From contig CAZBBV010000001.1 of the NCBI GenBank assembly GCA_964490025.1, positions 1-25,975 of the forward strand: a stretch of DNA of 25,975 bases, given 5' to 3'. Position numbers and translations under genes: made by a program. Below the pieces are notes generated by a model, which searched no databases, was not told where the DNA came from, and worked only from the letters and a program-made list of their open reading frames with translations. Shown here in pieces: positions 1 through 8,368 of the stretch (within the stretch, counting starts at the first letter, position 1; each line of letters opens with the position of its first letter). The stretch comes from an uncultured Cryomorphaceae bacterium (GTDB taxonomy: Bacteria; Bacteroidota; Bacteroidia; Flavobacteriales; ECT2AJA-044).

Positions 1-1
1 T

Positions 2-613
2 AGCTATTTGGTCGCCGATTTCTCGTATCCCGACAAGCTTAAAGAGGCCCTCGACAACTTTTTGCCCACAGCGGGAAACATCCACATTTTGGTAAACAAT
101 ACCGGAGGCCCAGATCCCGGACCGGCCCACAGCGCTTCCATTGACGCCTTTCGGATTGCTTTCAATAGCCACCTCATCTGCAACCACCTACTGGTGCAAG
201 CCCTTCTTCCGGGAATGAAAACGGCAGGCTACGGCCGAATTATCAATGTGATCAGCACCTCAGTGAAACAGCCGCTTCCCAATTTGGGTGTGAGCAACAC
301 CATTCGCGGAGCGGTGGCCAATTGGTCGAAAACGCTGGCCAACGAGCTTGGGCCTTTTGGCATCACTGTAAACAATGTGCTTCCCGGCGCCACAGAGACC
401 TCGCGCCTAACGCAAATTCTGGATGAAAAATCGGCGAAAACAGGAGCCGAAGTAGAAAAACTGGCTGCGGATATGGTAAAGCCCATTCCCGCGGGACGCT
501 TTGGAAAACCTGAAGAAATTGGCAGTGCCATTGCCTTTTTGGCCACGCCAGCTGCGGCCTATATCAACGGGGTGAACCTCCCGGTGGATGGCGGCAGAAC
601 GAGTTCGCTTTAA
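2..613 (+). CDS. Short-chain dehydrogenase/reductase, 3-oxoacyl-ACP-reductase-like atypical subgroup; 5'-truncated by the window edge
   Basis: The frame is open from base 2. SDR motifs ILVNNTGGP, GRIINVIS, ITVNNVLPG and C-terminal YINGVNLPVDGG are present. The YxxxK position reads SNTIR. Confidence 0.9.
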   Translation, partial: SYLVADFSYPDKLKEALDNFLPTAGNIHILVNNTGGPDPGPAHSASIDAFRIAFNSHLICNHLLVQALLPGMKTAGYGRIINVISTSVKQPLPNLGVSNTIRGAVANWSKTLANELGPFGITVNNVLPGATETSRLTQILDEKSAKTGAEVEKLAADMVKPIPAGRFGKPEEIGSAIAFLATPAAAYINGVNLPVDGGRTSSL

Positions 614-2013
614 TTCTTAAGAAAACGAATTACATCTTCCATCACCTGTGGGCTGAGCGTTTGGGTGTTGCTTCTGTATTCATCCACCAGGCCCGTTTCG
701 GCTTCCTGAAAAAGGTGATTGAGTCCCGGATACACCTTGATTTCGTAGCTTTTCACACCAGCGGCATTTTTGAGCGCCTCTTCCATTCGTGGCGCGCTCT
801 TACCAGGCGCCACTTGGATGTCCTTTTCGCCAAACAAGGCCAGGACGCGGGCATTCATTTTTGTTAAATCGGCATAAGGATCGTATTTGAGGAAAAAGAG
901 CATCCACGGGTTGTTGTAGTTCCTATAAATCAAGTCGAAAAACTGCTCAACACTCCCTATTCTCTTCACCTGCGAAGGGCCGAAAGTGGCATACTGCTCG
1001 GCAACAATTCTTTTTATTTCTTCCACTTTGGCGGTGGAGTCCATGTTCGAAATCATGGCTAGAATGATTCTATACTGGAAAAGGCTGTCGCTGCTCACAA
1101 TGCCCGGAGGCAGTTGAGAAATGGTGCTGACCAATACGGTTTGGTCTAACAGCAGTTCGGCTCCCGAGATGCCGGGTCCGGCCAAAAGCACGGCATTTTT
1201 GATGTTCTTCTTTTTCCCGGCCAGCATCACAGCTATCATAGCCCCTTCGCTGTGGCCCAGCACGGAGATATCTTTTTTACTGATGCCTTTTCGCTTTTTC
1301 AAAAAGTCGATAGCCGCCTGTGCATCTGTGGCAAAGTCGAGCGTAGTAGCTATTTGAAAATTCCCTTCAGAAGCGCCAAAGCCGCGGTCGTCGTAGCGCA
1401 ACACGGCAAAGCCGGCCTGTGTGAGCTCGTGTGCCCAAAGTAGAAAAGGCTTGTGCTGAAAAATCTCTTCATCACGGTTTTGGGGTCCGCTGCCTGTTAT
1501 GAGCACTACTGCGGGAAAAGGCCCTTTTCCTTCGGGCAGGGTGAGCGTTCCGGCCAGTTTTATTCCTGCAGCTTCATTCTCAAAAACCACTTCTTCTTGT
1601 CGATAGGTGAAGGGCTGTTTTGGTGTTTGCGGTCGCTCCAGTTCCAATGACTTCTTTTCGAAATTCAGCTCGAAGTTGTAGCCATATTGCGACAATGCCC
1701 CACTGATAATGTTGTAGGTGGCGTTGTAAACGCCAAGGTATTTGAACTGAATAGAGGCTATTTCGAAGAGTAGCGTATCTCCTTTCACCAACACCTTGTC
1801 CACCGGAATTCCATACACATCCTGGTCGGGGCTGTCAATGGTGCCCTTCCAGGTGTTCACTTGTTGTTCGAGATGCAGCACCAGGCCCATCACCTGGCCT
1901 TCCACTGTCACCTTTCCGCTCCAGGTGCCTTGCATGGGGTGTTCTTGGGCCAATATTTCTACGGGCTTAATAGCCAATCCCAGCCATAGCAGGGTAATCA
2001 ATACTTTTCTCAT
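610..2013 (-). CDS. Secreted alpha/beta-fold hydrolase (S9-like esterase/peptidase) with an N-terminal beta domain
   Basis: Signal peptide MRKVLITLLWLGLAIKP. Motifs AVVLITGSGPQNRDE and LRYDDRGFGAS, nucleophile elbow GHSEG, acid GEKDIQV and His GLNHLF. Confidence 0.88.
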   Translation of the reverse strand: MRKVLITLLWLGLAIKPVEILAQEHPMQGTWSGKVTVEGQVMGLVLHLEQQVNTWKGTIDSPDQDVYGIPVDKVLVKGDTLLFEIASIQFKYLGVYNATYNIISGALSQYGYNFELNFEKKSLELERPQTPKQPFTYRQEEVVFENEAAGIKLAGTLTLPEGKGPFPAVVLITGSGPQNRDEEIFQHKPFLLWAHELTQAGFAVLRYDDRGFGASEGNFQIATTLDFATDAQAAIDFLKKRKGISKKDISVLGHSEGAMIAVMLAGKKKNIKNAVLLAGPGISGAELLLDQTVLVSTISQLPPGIVSSDSLFQYRIILAMISNMDSTAKVEEIKRIVAEQYATFGPSQVKRIGSVEQFFDLIYRNYNNPWMLFFLKYDPYADLTKMNARVLALFGEKDIQVAPGKSAPRMEEALKNAAGVKSYEIKVYPGLNHLFQEAETGLVDEYRSNTQTLSPQVMEDVIRFLKN

Positions 2014-2021
2014 CTTCTTTC

Positions 2022-2981
2022 TTACTTCTTTTTAATCAATTTCTTTTGCGCTCCCAGCGAGTTCCTTTCCCAAAACACGCCATCCGAATATCCCTGAATT
2101 CTCCTTTCCTTTTCCGCCAATTCCAACCGCGCTTCCGCAATAAGGGCGTATTCTTCATTTTGCTCAATGCCAAAGTAATTCCTTCCTAGTTTCTTAGCTA
2201 CTGCAGAGCTAGTCCCGGAGCCTAGGAAAGGATCGAAAACCATGTCGCCGGGCTTTGAACTGGCCAATATGAGTTTTGCCACCAGCTTCTCAGGCTTTTG
2301 GGTGGGGTGGTCCGTATTTTCAGGCATAGACCAGTACGGAACGGTAATGTCGTCCCAAAAATTTGAAGGATGTGTGAGCCTGAAGTTGCCTTCATTGCTT
2401 TCCTGCCAGTCCTTCGGGACACCGTTTTCTTTGTACGGCGCCATCACTTTGCGTTTCATCTTCACAACTTCAAGGTCAAAATGGTAGTTGTTCGGGTCTT
2501 TCACCCCAAACCAAATATCTTCCATCCCATTTTTCCAATTGGCTTTTGCCCCTCGGCCTTTTTCCCGTTGCCAGGTAATTCTATTCAGGATGATGAGGTG
2601 TTCTTCCATCACCGATTGTAATGCCGAACTGCTTTTCCAGTCGCCGCAGAGGTACAAGGAGCCATTTGGTTTCAAGCTTCGAACAATGGCCGGAAACCAA
2701 GAGCGCAAATATTCAAGGTAGGCGTCATTGCTTCTGGCTTTGAACTTCGCTCCATTAAAATCTTTGGTCAGGTTGTAGGGTGGATCTATAATGATCAGAT
2801 CGGCAAAAGCTTTAGGCAGTCTATCCATCACCGCAAAAAGATCGGCGCACAGCGTTTTGTTGGCGAGATTCTCTTCGGACCATTCTACAATGTTCTCAGG
2901 CTTCAAAAGCCTGCCCTTTAGCCGGTCTGTGCTGCCGTCCTCTATCACCAATGTCCTGTTTCGCTCCGCTCTCTCCTCCAA
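2022..2981 (-). CDS. N4-cytosine/N6-adenine DNA methyltransferase, beta class, with no cognate endonuclease nearby
   Basis: Catalytic motif IV (IIDPPY) precedes HPTQKP and the SAM-binding motif I (DPFLGSGT), which is beta-class order. The TTG start is uncertain. Confidence 0.9.
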   Translation of the reverse strand: MEERAERNRTLVIEDGSTDRLKGRLLKPENIVEWSEENLANKTLCADLFAVMDRLPKAFADLIIIDPPYNLTKDFNGAKFKARSNDAYLEYLRSWFPAIVRSLKPNGSLYLCGDWKSSSALQSVMEEHLIILNRITWQREKGRGAKANWKNGMEDIWFGVKDPNNYHFDLEVVKMKRKVMAPYKENGVPKDWQESNEGNFRLTHPSNFWDDITVPYWSMPENTDHPTQKPEKLVAKLILASSKPGDMVFDPFLGSGTSSAVAKKLGRNYFGIEQNEEYALIAEARLELAEKERRIQGYSDGVFWERNSLGAQKKLIKKK

Positions 2982-2989
2982 AACTTCGT

Positions 2990-4153
2990 TTATTCTTGGT
3001 AAAAACTCTCCCCCGATTCTGCCATGGCTTTTAGCAAAGGGCTAGGTCTATAGCGGTCTTCCTGATACTTTTCCTGAAGGGCGCAAAGTTGGTCATACAC
3101 CTTTTGAATGCCCATTTCGTCCGCCCATTTCAAAAGGCCTTTGGGATAATTGGTTCCCTTGGTCATGGCCAGCTCCACGTGTGGCAGGTGGGCAATGTTC
3201 CAATAAATAGCATCCGCCGCTTCGTTGATGAGCATGGCCAAGATGCGGTCGAATATTTCTCTCAGGCGCAGTTCAGAGGCTATGCTTTTCATATCCGGCG
3301 CGCCATTGCTGTAGTCGTAATAGCCTCTCCCCGATTTTCGGCCTAGCCAGCCTGCTTCAACATGCCGCTTTTGGGTAAGGCTGGGCTTGTAGCGCGGGTC
3401 GAAATACATGGCCGAAAACACAGATTCGGTAACGGCGTAGTTCACGTCGTTGCCTATAAAATCCATCAGCTCGAAGGGGCCCATGCGGAAGCCTCCAATT
3501 TCTTTCATGGCTAGGTCAATGGTGGCAAAATCGGCAATGCCCTCTTCATAAATGCGCAATGCTTCGCCATAAAACGGACGCGCTACTCTGTTTACAATAA
3601 ATCCGGGTGTGTCCTTTGCCAAGACAGTCGTTTTCCCCCAGCTGTCAATGATAGCCCGCGAGGCGTACACCACCATTTCGTCGGTTTGCAGGGCGGGAAT
3701 TACCTCCACCAACGGCATCACGGGCGCGGGATTGAAAAAATGAATGCCCACAACTCTTTCGGGATGCTTGCAGTGGCCGGCCAATGAGGTGATGGATAGA
3801 GATGAAGTGTTGGAAGCCAAAATGCACTGCTCCGGGCAAATGCGCTCAAGGGCCTGAAAAAGGTCCTTCTTAATCTCCTCATTTTCAACAATGGCCTCTA
3901 TAACCAGGTCGCAGTACTGAAAGGCGTCAATCCCTTCGGCCGTTCGCAGATTTTTCTTGGCCATTTTATGTTCTTCGGCGCTCAGCTTGCCTTTCTCCTC
4001 CAGCTTTTGCCAGCTTTCCAAAACCGATTTGTAGCCATTGTGCAAGGAGCCCAAATGGGTGTCGTACAGCCAGGTCTCGTGCCCGTTTTGTGCGGCCAAT
4101 TGGGCTATTCCCCTTCCCATGGTGCCTGCGCCTACTACCCCTATTTTCTTCAT
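2990..4153 (-). CDS. paaH: 3-hydroxyacyl-CoA (3-hydroxyadipyl-CoA) dehydrogenase
   Basis: GVVGAGTMGRG Rossmann motif, EAIVE, ASNTSSL, GIHFFNPAP, GFIVNR and GPFELMD, plus a repeated C-terminal domain. Lies in the paa cluster. Confidence 0.9.
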   Translation of the reverse strand: MKKIGVVGAGTMGRGIAQLAAQNGHETWLYDTHLGSLHNGYKSVLESWQKLEEKGKLSAEEHKMAKKNLRTAEGIDAFQYCDLVIEAIVENEEIKKDLFQALERICPEQCILASNTSSLSITSLAGHCKHPERVVGIHFFNPAPVMPLVEVIPALQTDEMVVYASRAIIDSWGKTTVLAKDTPGFIVNRVARPFYGEALRIYEEGIADFATIDLAMKEIGGFRMGPFELMDFIGNDVNYAVTESVFSAMYFDPRYKPSLTQKRHVEAGWLGRKSGRGYYDYSNGAPDMKSIASELRLREIFDRILAMLINEAADAIYWNIAHLPHVELAMTKGTNYPKGLLKWADEMGIQKVYDQLCALQEKYQEDRYRPSPLLKAMAESGESFYQE

Positions 4154-4926
4154 TTTCCTGTGAATTGCGGTTTTCTCTTCTCTAAAAATGCGTTCACGCC
4201 TTCCTTATAGTCGTGTGTGGCGCCGGCAGCTGTTTGCAGCTCGTCTTCCAAAGCCAGTTGCTGGTCCAGGTTGTTTGAAAAGCTTCTGTTTAGCGCACAT
4301 TTGGTAAAGCCCAAACCCATGGTGGGCATTTGCGCGAGTTGGAAGGCAATGGCCAGCGCTTGTTCTTCGAATCCTTCGTCGGGCAGAGCCTTGTAAATCA
4401 TGCCCAACTCTTCGGCCTGCTTTGCGCCCACCTTATCGCCCAGCATCATGAGAGCGGTGGCTTTTTGCATGCCGATTATTCTTGGTAAAAAATAGGTGCC
4501 GCCACTATCGGGAATCAAGCCGATCTTGCTAAAAGCCTGGATAAAAGATGCGCTTTCGGCTGCCACGGTGATGTCGCAGGCCAGCGCTATGTTGGCTCCT
4601 GCTCCGGCGGCTACACCATTTACGCCGCACACTATTGGTTTTCTTATTCTTCGGAGGCGGGTAATAATGGGGTTGTAATGTTCGCTCACAATTTTCGAAA
4701 GCTCCGGACCATTGGGATCAATGGCTTCTTGCAGGTCTTGTCCGGCACAAAAAGCCTTTCCCATTCCGGTGATGAATATCGCGCGGATGTTGTCGTCGTC
4801 CTTACATGCATCCAAGCGTTTTTGCATGTCCAAGGCCATCTCGCGGTTGAAGCTGTTGTACACCTCCGGTCGATTGAGGCGAATGACGGCCACGCCTTCT
4901 CGTTGCTCAAAAATAATGCTGCTCAT
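4150..4926 (-). CDS. paaG: 2-(1,2-epoxy-1,2-dihydrophenyl)acetyl-CoA isomerase (crotonase family)
   Basis: AFCAGQDL, VNGVAAGAGANIALACD and the PaaG-type IGLIPDSGGT. Directly follows paaD and has a 4-nt ATGA overlap with paaH. Confidence 0.9.
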   Translation of the reverse strand: MSSIIFEQREGVAVIRLNRPEVYNSFNREMALDMQKRLDACKDDDNIRAIFITGMGKAFCAGQDLQEAIDPNGPELSKIVSEHYNPIITRLRRIRKPIVCGVNGVAAGAGANIALACDITVAAESASFIQAFSKIGLIPDSGGTYFLPRIIGMQKATALMMLGDKVGAKQAEELGMIYKALPDEGFEEQALAIAFQLAQMPTMGLGFTKCALNRSFSNNLDQQLALEDELQTAAGATHDYKEGVNAFLEKRKPQFTGK

Positions 4927-4976
4927 GTGGAAAGAATTATGGCCCTAATGTAGAAAGACCAACGGGAAAAAGGCAA

Positions 4977-5474
4977 TTATCGAAGGCATTTAAAGTAGTC
5001 GAAGGGCTCGAGGCAGTCTTCGCAGCGAAACAACGACTTACAGGCCGTGGAGCCAAACTGGCTAATCATCACCGTGTTGGTGCTGCCGCATTGTGGGCAT
5101 TTCAGGATCGATTTTTCGCCCATCAGCGCACGTTTGTCTGCGCTAGGCTCAGCCGGAGGCGCAATGCCGTAGGCTTCCAGTTTCACTTTTCCGGCTTCGC
5201 TCATCCAGTCGGTGGTCCATGCCGGACTTAGTACAGTGACTACCTCAACCGGCGCGTGCAGTTCATGAATCAATGTGGATTTGATTTCCTCTTCAATCAT
5301 GTGCATGGCCGGGCAGCCACTATAGGTTGGGGTAATCACAATTTGCCATCCGCCATCAAACTTTTTCACTTCGCGGATGATGCCCAAATCAACTACAGAA
5401 AGGACGGGCACTTCAGGGTCTTTTACATTTTCCAGAAGCTGCCAAACATATTCTTCCGTGGTTTCCATTACCAT
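4977..5474 (-). CDS. paaD: Phenylacetyl-CoA epoxidase subunit D
   Basis: DPEVPVLSVVDLG, TPTYSGCPAM, WTTDWM and C-terminal CPQCGS...CKSLFRCEDCLEPF. I moved the start from 5573 to the ATG at 5474 (5468 is an alternative), which overlaps the paaC TGG-TAA end. Confidence 0.92.
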   Translation of the reverse strand: MVMETTEEYVWQLLENVKDPEVPVLSVVDLGIIREVKKFDGGWQIVITPTYSGCPAMHMIEEEIKSTLIHELHAPVEVVTVLSPAWTTDWMSEAGKVKLEAYGIAPPAEPSADKRALMGEKSILKCPQCGSTNTVMISQFGSTACKSLFRCEDCLEPFDYFKCLR

Positions 5475-6247
5475 TTGGCGTCCGGGTAAACCCTTGGCAG
5501 GTATTGCATTTCGCTGAGCAAATAGCCCAGGTGCTCCGAATGCACGCCATTCCTGCCGCCGCGTTGCATCCATTGGTCGGGCGGGGTGGTGAGTGTGGAT
5601 TCTGCAATCACTTCTTTCACCAGTTTCAGCCAGCGCTCTTTGATGCCGTCAAGCGAAGGAATTACGCCATGATCGACCAAGGTTTTCTCCACCTCGTCGG
5701 TTTCGAAAAGTTCGCCGGTGTAGCTCCAAAGCTCGTTTAGGGCGTTTTGTACCCTTTGGTGGCTTTCTTGAGTGCCGTCGCCCAAGCGGATGAGCCACTC
5801 AGAGCTAAAGCGGTAGTGGTAAGTCACCTCTTTCAACGATTTCTCAGCAATGGCAGCAATGTCGCTGTGGTTGCTTGCTTTCAGAATATCGAGGAGGGTA
5901 ATGTGGTAGGCGTCAAAAAGAAACTGGCGAACAATCGTTTTTCCAAAATCGCCATTGGGCTGTTCCACCAAAAGGTGGTTAAAAAACTCACGTTCAATAC
6001 GCTTGTAGGCCAATTCGTTTTCGTCTCTTCCTCTCCCTTCCTCATTACCGGCCACGGTCAGGTAGCTTCGGCATTGGCCAATCAGGTCGAGTGAAATGTT
6101 GGTCAGAGCAATGTCCTGCTCCAATATGGGCCCATGGCCGCACCACTCACCCAAGCGGTGGCCCAGTATCAGTGTGTCGTCGCCCAAGCGAAGCAAAAAC
6201 TTAACAATAGCCGGTTTTATCTCCATGTTGTTTTCTGCTTTTGCCAT
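5468..6247 (-). CDS. paaC: Phenylacetyl-CoA epoxidase subunit C
   Basis: LRLGDDTLILGHRLGEWCGHGPILEQDIA, EKSLKEVTYH and HSEHLGYLLSEMQ. Has a TAATG overlap with paaB. Confidence 0.95.
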   Translation of the reverse strand: MAKAENNMEIKPAIVKFLLRLGDDTLILGHRLGEWCGHGPILEQDIALTNISLDLIGQCRSYLTVAGNEEGRGRDENELAYKRIEREFFNHLLVEQPNGDFGKTIVRQFLFDAYHITLLDILKASNHSDIAAIAEKSLKEVTYHYRFSSEWLIRLGDGTQESHQRVQNALNELWSYTGELFETDEVEKTLVDHGVIPSLDGIKERWLKLVKEVIAESTLTTPPDQWMQRGGRNGVHSEHLGYLLSEMQYLPRVYPDAKW

Positions 6248-6534
6248 TACATGTGACCAATTTCCTTCGGAATGTCGTAGAAGGTAGGGTGTCTGTAAAT
6301 CTTGTTTTCCGCCGGTTCGAATAGCGAGTCCTTATCTCCCGGATCGGAAGCGTGAATATCGCTGGAGAGCACCACCCAAATACTCACGCCCTCCATTCGG
6401 CGGGTGTACACATCACGGGCATTTTCTACGGCCATTTCGGCATCTGCTGCGTGCAGGCTACCCACATGTCGGTGATTCAGTCCTTGTTTGCTTCTGATGA
6501 AAACCTCCCAAAGAGGCCAGTTGTTGTCGCTCAT
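6247..6534 (-). CDS. paaB: Phenylacetyl-CoA epoxidase subunit B
   Basis: WPLWEVFIRSKQGLNHRHVGSLHAAD, ARDVYTRR and YRHPTFY. Confidence 0.96.
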   Translation of the reverse strand: MSDNNWPLWEVFIRSKQGLNHRHVGSLHAADAEMAVENARDVYTRRMEGVSIWVVLSSDIHASDPGDKDSLFEPAENKIYRHPTFYDIPKEIGHM

Positions 6535-6552
6535 TTTTTCTAAGATTTTAGG

Positions 6553-7497
6553 TTAGGCAACGCTTGCTGCTCTATTTCTCTTCTTTTCGGCGTAGGCCAT
6601 GGCCGCTTCTCGCACCCAAGCGCCCTCTTCGTGGGCCTTGTTTCGGGCTTCCAGTCGCTGTTTATTGCAAGGGCCGTTGCCTTTTATCACATTGTAAAAT
6701 TCGTCCCAGTTGATGACTCCAAAGTCGTATTGTCCGCGTTCTTCGTTCCATTTCAGGTCCGGATCGGGAACTGAGAGGCCAATGAATTCGGCCTGTGGTA
6801 CCGTTTTGTCCACAAATGCCTGTCTTAATTCGTCGTTCGAGAAGCGCTTAATTTTCCACTTCATGCTCTTCGCACTGTGGGGGCTATCCACATCATTGGG
6901 CCCGAACATCATCAAGGCGGGCCACCACCAACGGTTCAGCGCATCTTGTGCCATGGCTTTTTGTTCGGCAGTGCCTTTAGCCAAGGTCATCATGATTTCG
7001 TAGCCCTGCCTTTGGTGAAAGCTTTCCTCCTTACACACGCGTATCATAGCGCGGGCATAAGGCCCATAGCTGGCGCGGCATAGCGGCACTTGGTTTTGAA
7101 TGGCAGCACCATCTACCAGCCAACCTATAGCGCCCATATCGGCCCAGGTGAGTGTAGGGTAGTTGAAAATGCTGGAATACTTTGCCTTTCCGCTCAGCAG
7201 GTCGTCAATGGTGTCTTCGCGACGAACGCCCAAGGTTTCGCAGGCGGCATAAAGATATAAGCCATGTCCTGCTTCGTCCTGAATTTTGGCCAGCAAGGCA
7301 GCCTTGCGGCGTAGGGAGGGGGCGCGGGTAATCCAGTTGGCCTCAGGCAACATGCCCACCACCTCGCTATGCGCATGCTGGCTTATCTGCCTGATGAGTG
7401 TTCTTCTGTAATCTTCGGGCATCCAGTCTTTGGGCTCAATCTTCTCGTCCCGGTCAATCTTTGCCTGAAACTCGGCTTTCAGTTTTTCGATATCCAT
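6553..7497 (-). CDS. paaA: Phenylacetyl-CoA epoxidase catalytic di-iron subunit A
   Basis: [36 protein letters not shown] and [12 protein letters not shown]. Confidence 0.97.
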   Translation of the reverse strand: MDIEKLKAEFQAKIDRDEKIEPKDWMPEDYRRTLIRQISQHAHSEVVGMLPEANWITRAPSLRRKAALLAKIQDEAGHGLYLYAACETLGVRREDTIDDLLSGKAKYSSIFNYPTLTWADMGAIGWLVDGAAIQNQVPLCRASYGPYARAMIRVCKEESFHQRQGYEIMMTLAKGTAEQKAMAQDALNRWWWPALMMFGPNDVDSPHSAKSMKWKIKRFSNDELRQAFVDKTVPQAEFIGLSVPDPDLKWNEERGQYDFGVINWDEFYNVIKGNGPCNKQRLEARNKAHEEGAWVREAAMAYAEKKRNRAASVA

Positions 7498-7628
7498 AAT
7501 CGTCTCTTCGGTTTACAATGCAATACTAAACATTATCTCCTTGTCAGTAGTTCGCAAGCATGCATAGCGCGAAGGTAAATTGATCACCCGTTTCAGAAAA
7601 TGAGAAGCATCACTCGAAACATTTCCAC

Positions 7629-7657
7629 AAAAAAAGCCGCCTCCCATGGAAACGGCT
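7629..7657 (-). terminator. Intrinsic terminator of the 7682-8146 gene
   Basis: The minus strand reads GCCGTTTCC-ATG-GGAGGCGGC then T7. This 9-bp stem has two G.U pairs that form only on this strand. Confidence 0.8.
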
Positions 7658-7681
7658 CTTCAAATCTCTATGGATATACAA

Positions 7682-8146
7682 TTACTTCAGCTCGCCAATA
7701 AAGGGGATGCCATCCAAAATGGCCATGCGAATGGCGCTAAGGAAATAGGCCTCCAATTGGTAGAACTGCGCAGCAGCTTTTGCTCCGGCAGCTTTTTCCA
7801 TTTTCTTGTGGTAGGTAGCAATTAGTTTTTCTTGCTGACTAGCCAATACAATCATTTCCTTGATGATTTGAGATGTTGTCGCGTCATCAAGAGACATGTA
7901 TGAGCTTGCATATTTTTCCAAAAGCTCAATACGTTTTACGCCAAGCTCTTTGCGTTTGCCTTCGTACTCGTCATACAAAGCCCAAAAAGCATCTTTCGAG
8001 GCAGGCTCCAATTGAATAAAATCGGCAGTAATGGCTTTCTTTTCCTTGCCGTACAAGCCTTGAATTACGTCGATATCCTCTTTATTGGATTGGGCAAATG
8101 CCAATGAAGTGAAGAAGATTGCTGAAAGTAGAATTAGTTTTTTCAT
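7682..8146 (-). CDS. Secreted, predicted all-helical hypothetical protein (154 aa)
   Basis: Signal peptide MKKLILLSAIFFTSLAFAQ from the ATG at 8146. The ORF-track extension to 8263 runs through AT-rich intergenic DNA. The body is Lys/Glu/Ala-rich and amphipathic. Confidence 0.8.
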   Translation of the reverse strand: MKKLILLSAIFFTSLAFAQSNKEDIDVIQGLYGKEKKAITADFIQLEPASKDAFWALYDEYEGKRKELGVKRIELLEKYASSYMSLDDATTSQIIKEMIVLASQQEKLIATYHKKMEKAAGAKAAAQFYQLEAYFLSAIRMAILDGIPFIGELK

Positions 8147-8368
8147 GAAGATGTTAAGGTTATAATTATGCTGCAATATTATAATAGTTCCATCACGCTG
8201 AGCATGAAAAATATTATCCTTTGAAGGTATTTTCCATTCTTTCCTTGATTTTATGAATACCATTGGAGCGAATGGCTGTAAAGTCGAACCCGCACGAAAA
8301 CATCAGGTGAGGAAATGCCGTTGTTAGCATGCTATTTTCCTACTTTTCACCACTGAACAATTAATCAC

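Noticed and set aside
2022-2981. MTase as part of a restriction-modification or defence island, or a mobile element
   Set aside because: There is no endonuclease, integrase, transposase, flanking repeat or other defence gene, and both neighbours are metabolic.
5475-5573. ORF-track N-terminal extension of paaD, and similar extensions for 8263, 13214, 18782, 21720, 22171 and 23451
   Set aside because: They overlap upstream genes or promoter boxes. The downstream starts give proper signal peptides or coupled stop-start overlaps.
7498-7628. PaaX/PaaR operator or a firm promoter upstream of paaA
   Set aside because: Only a one-mismatch box (TACCTTCG, 7570-7577, minus) with no matching -33 element and weak palindromes. 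Not enough to call.
8281-8300. GGGTTCGAC on the minus strand resembling a tRNA T-loop
   Set aside because: The bases after the loop (TTACA) cannot pair with GCGGG, and there is no cloverleaf or acceptor stem.
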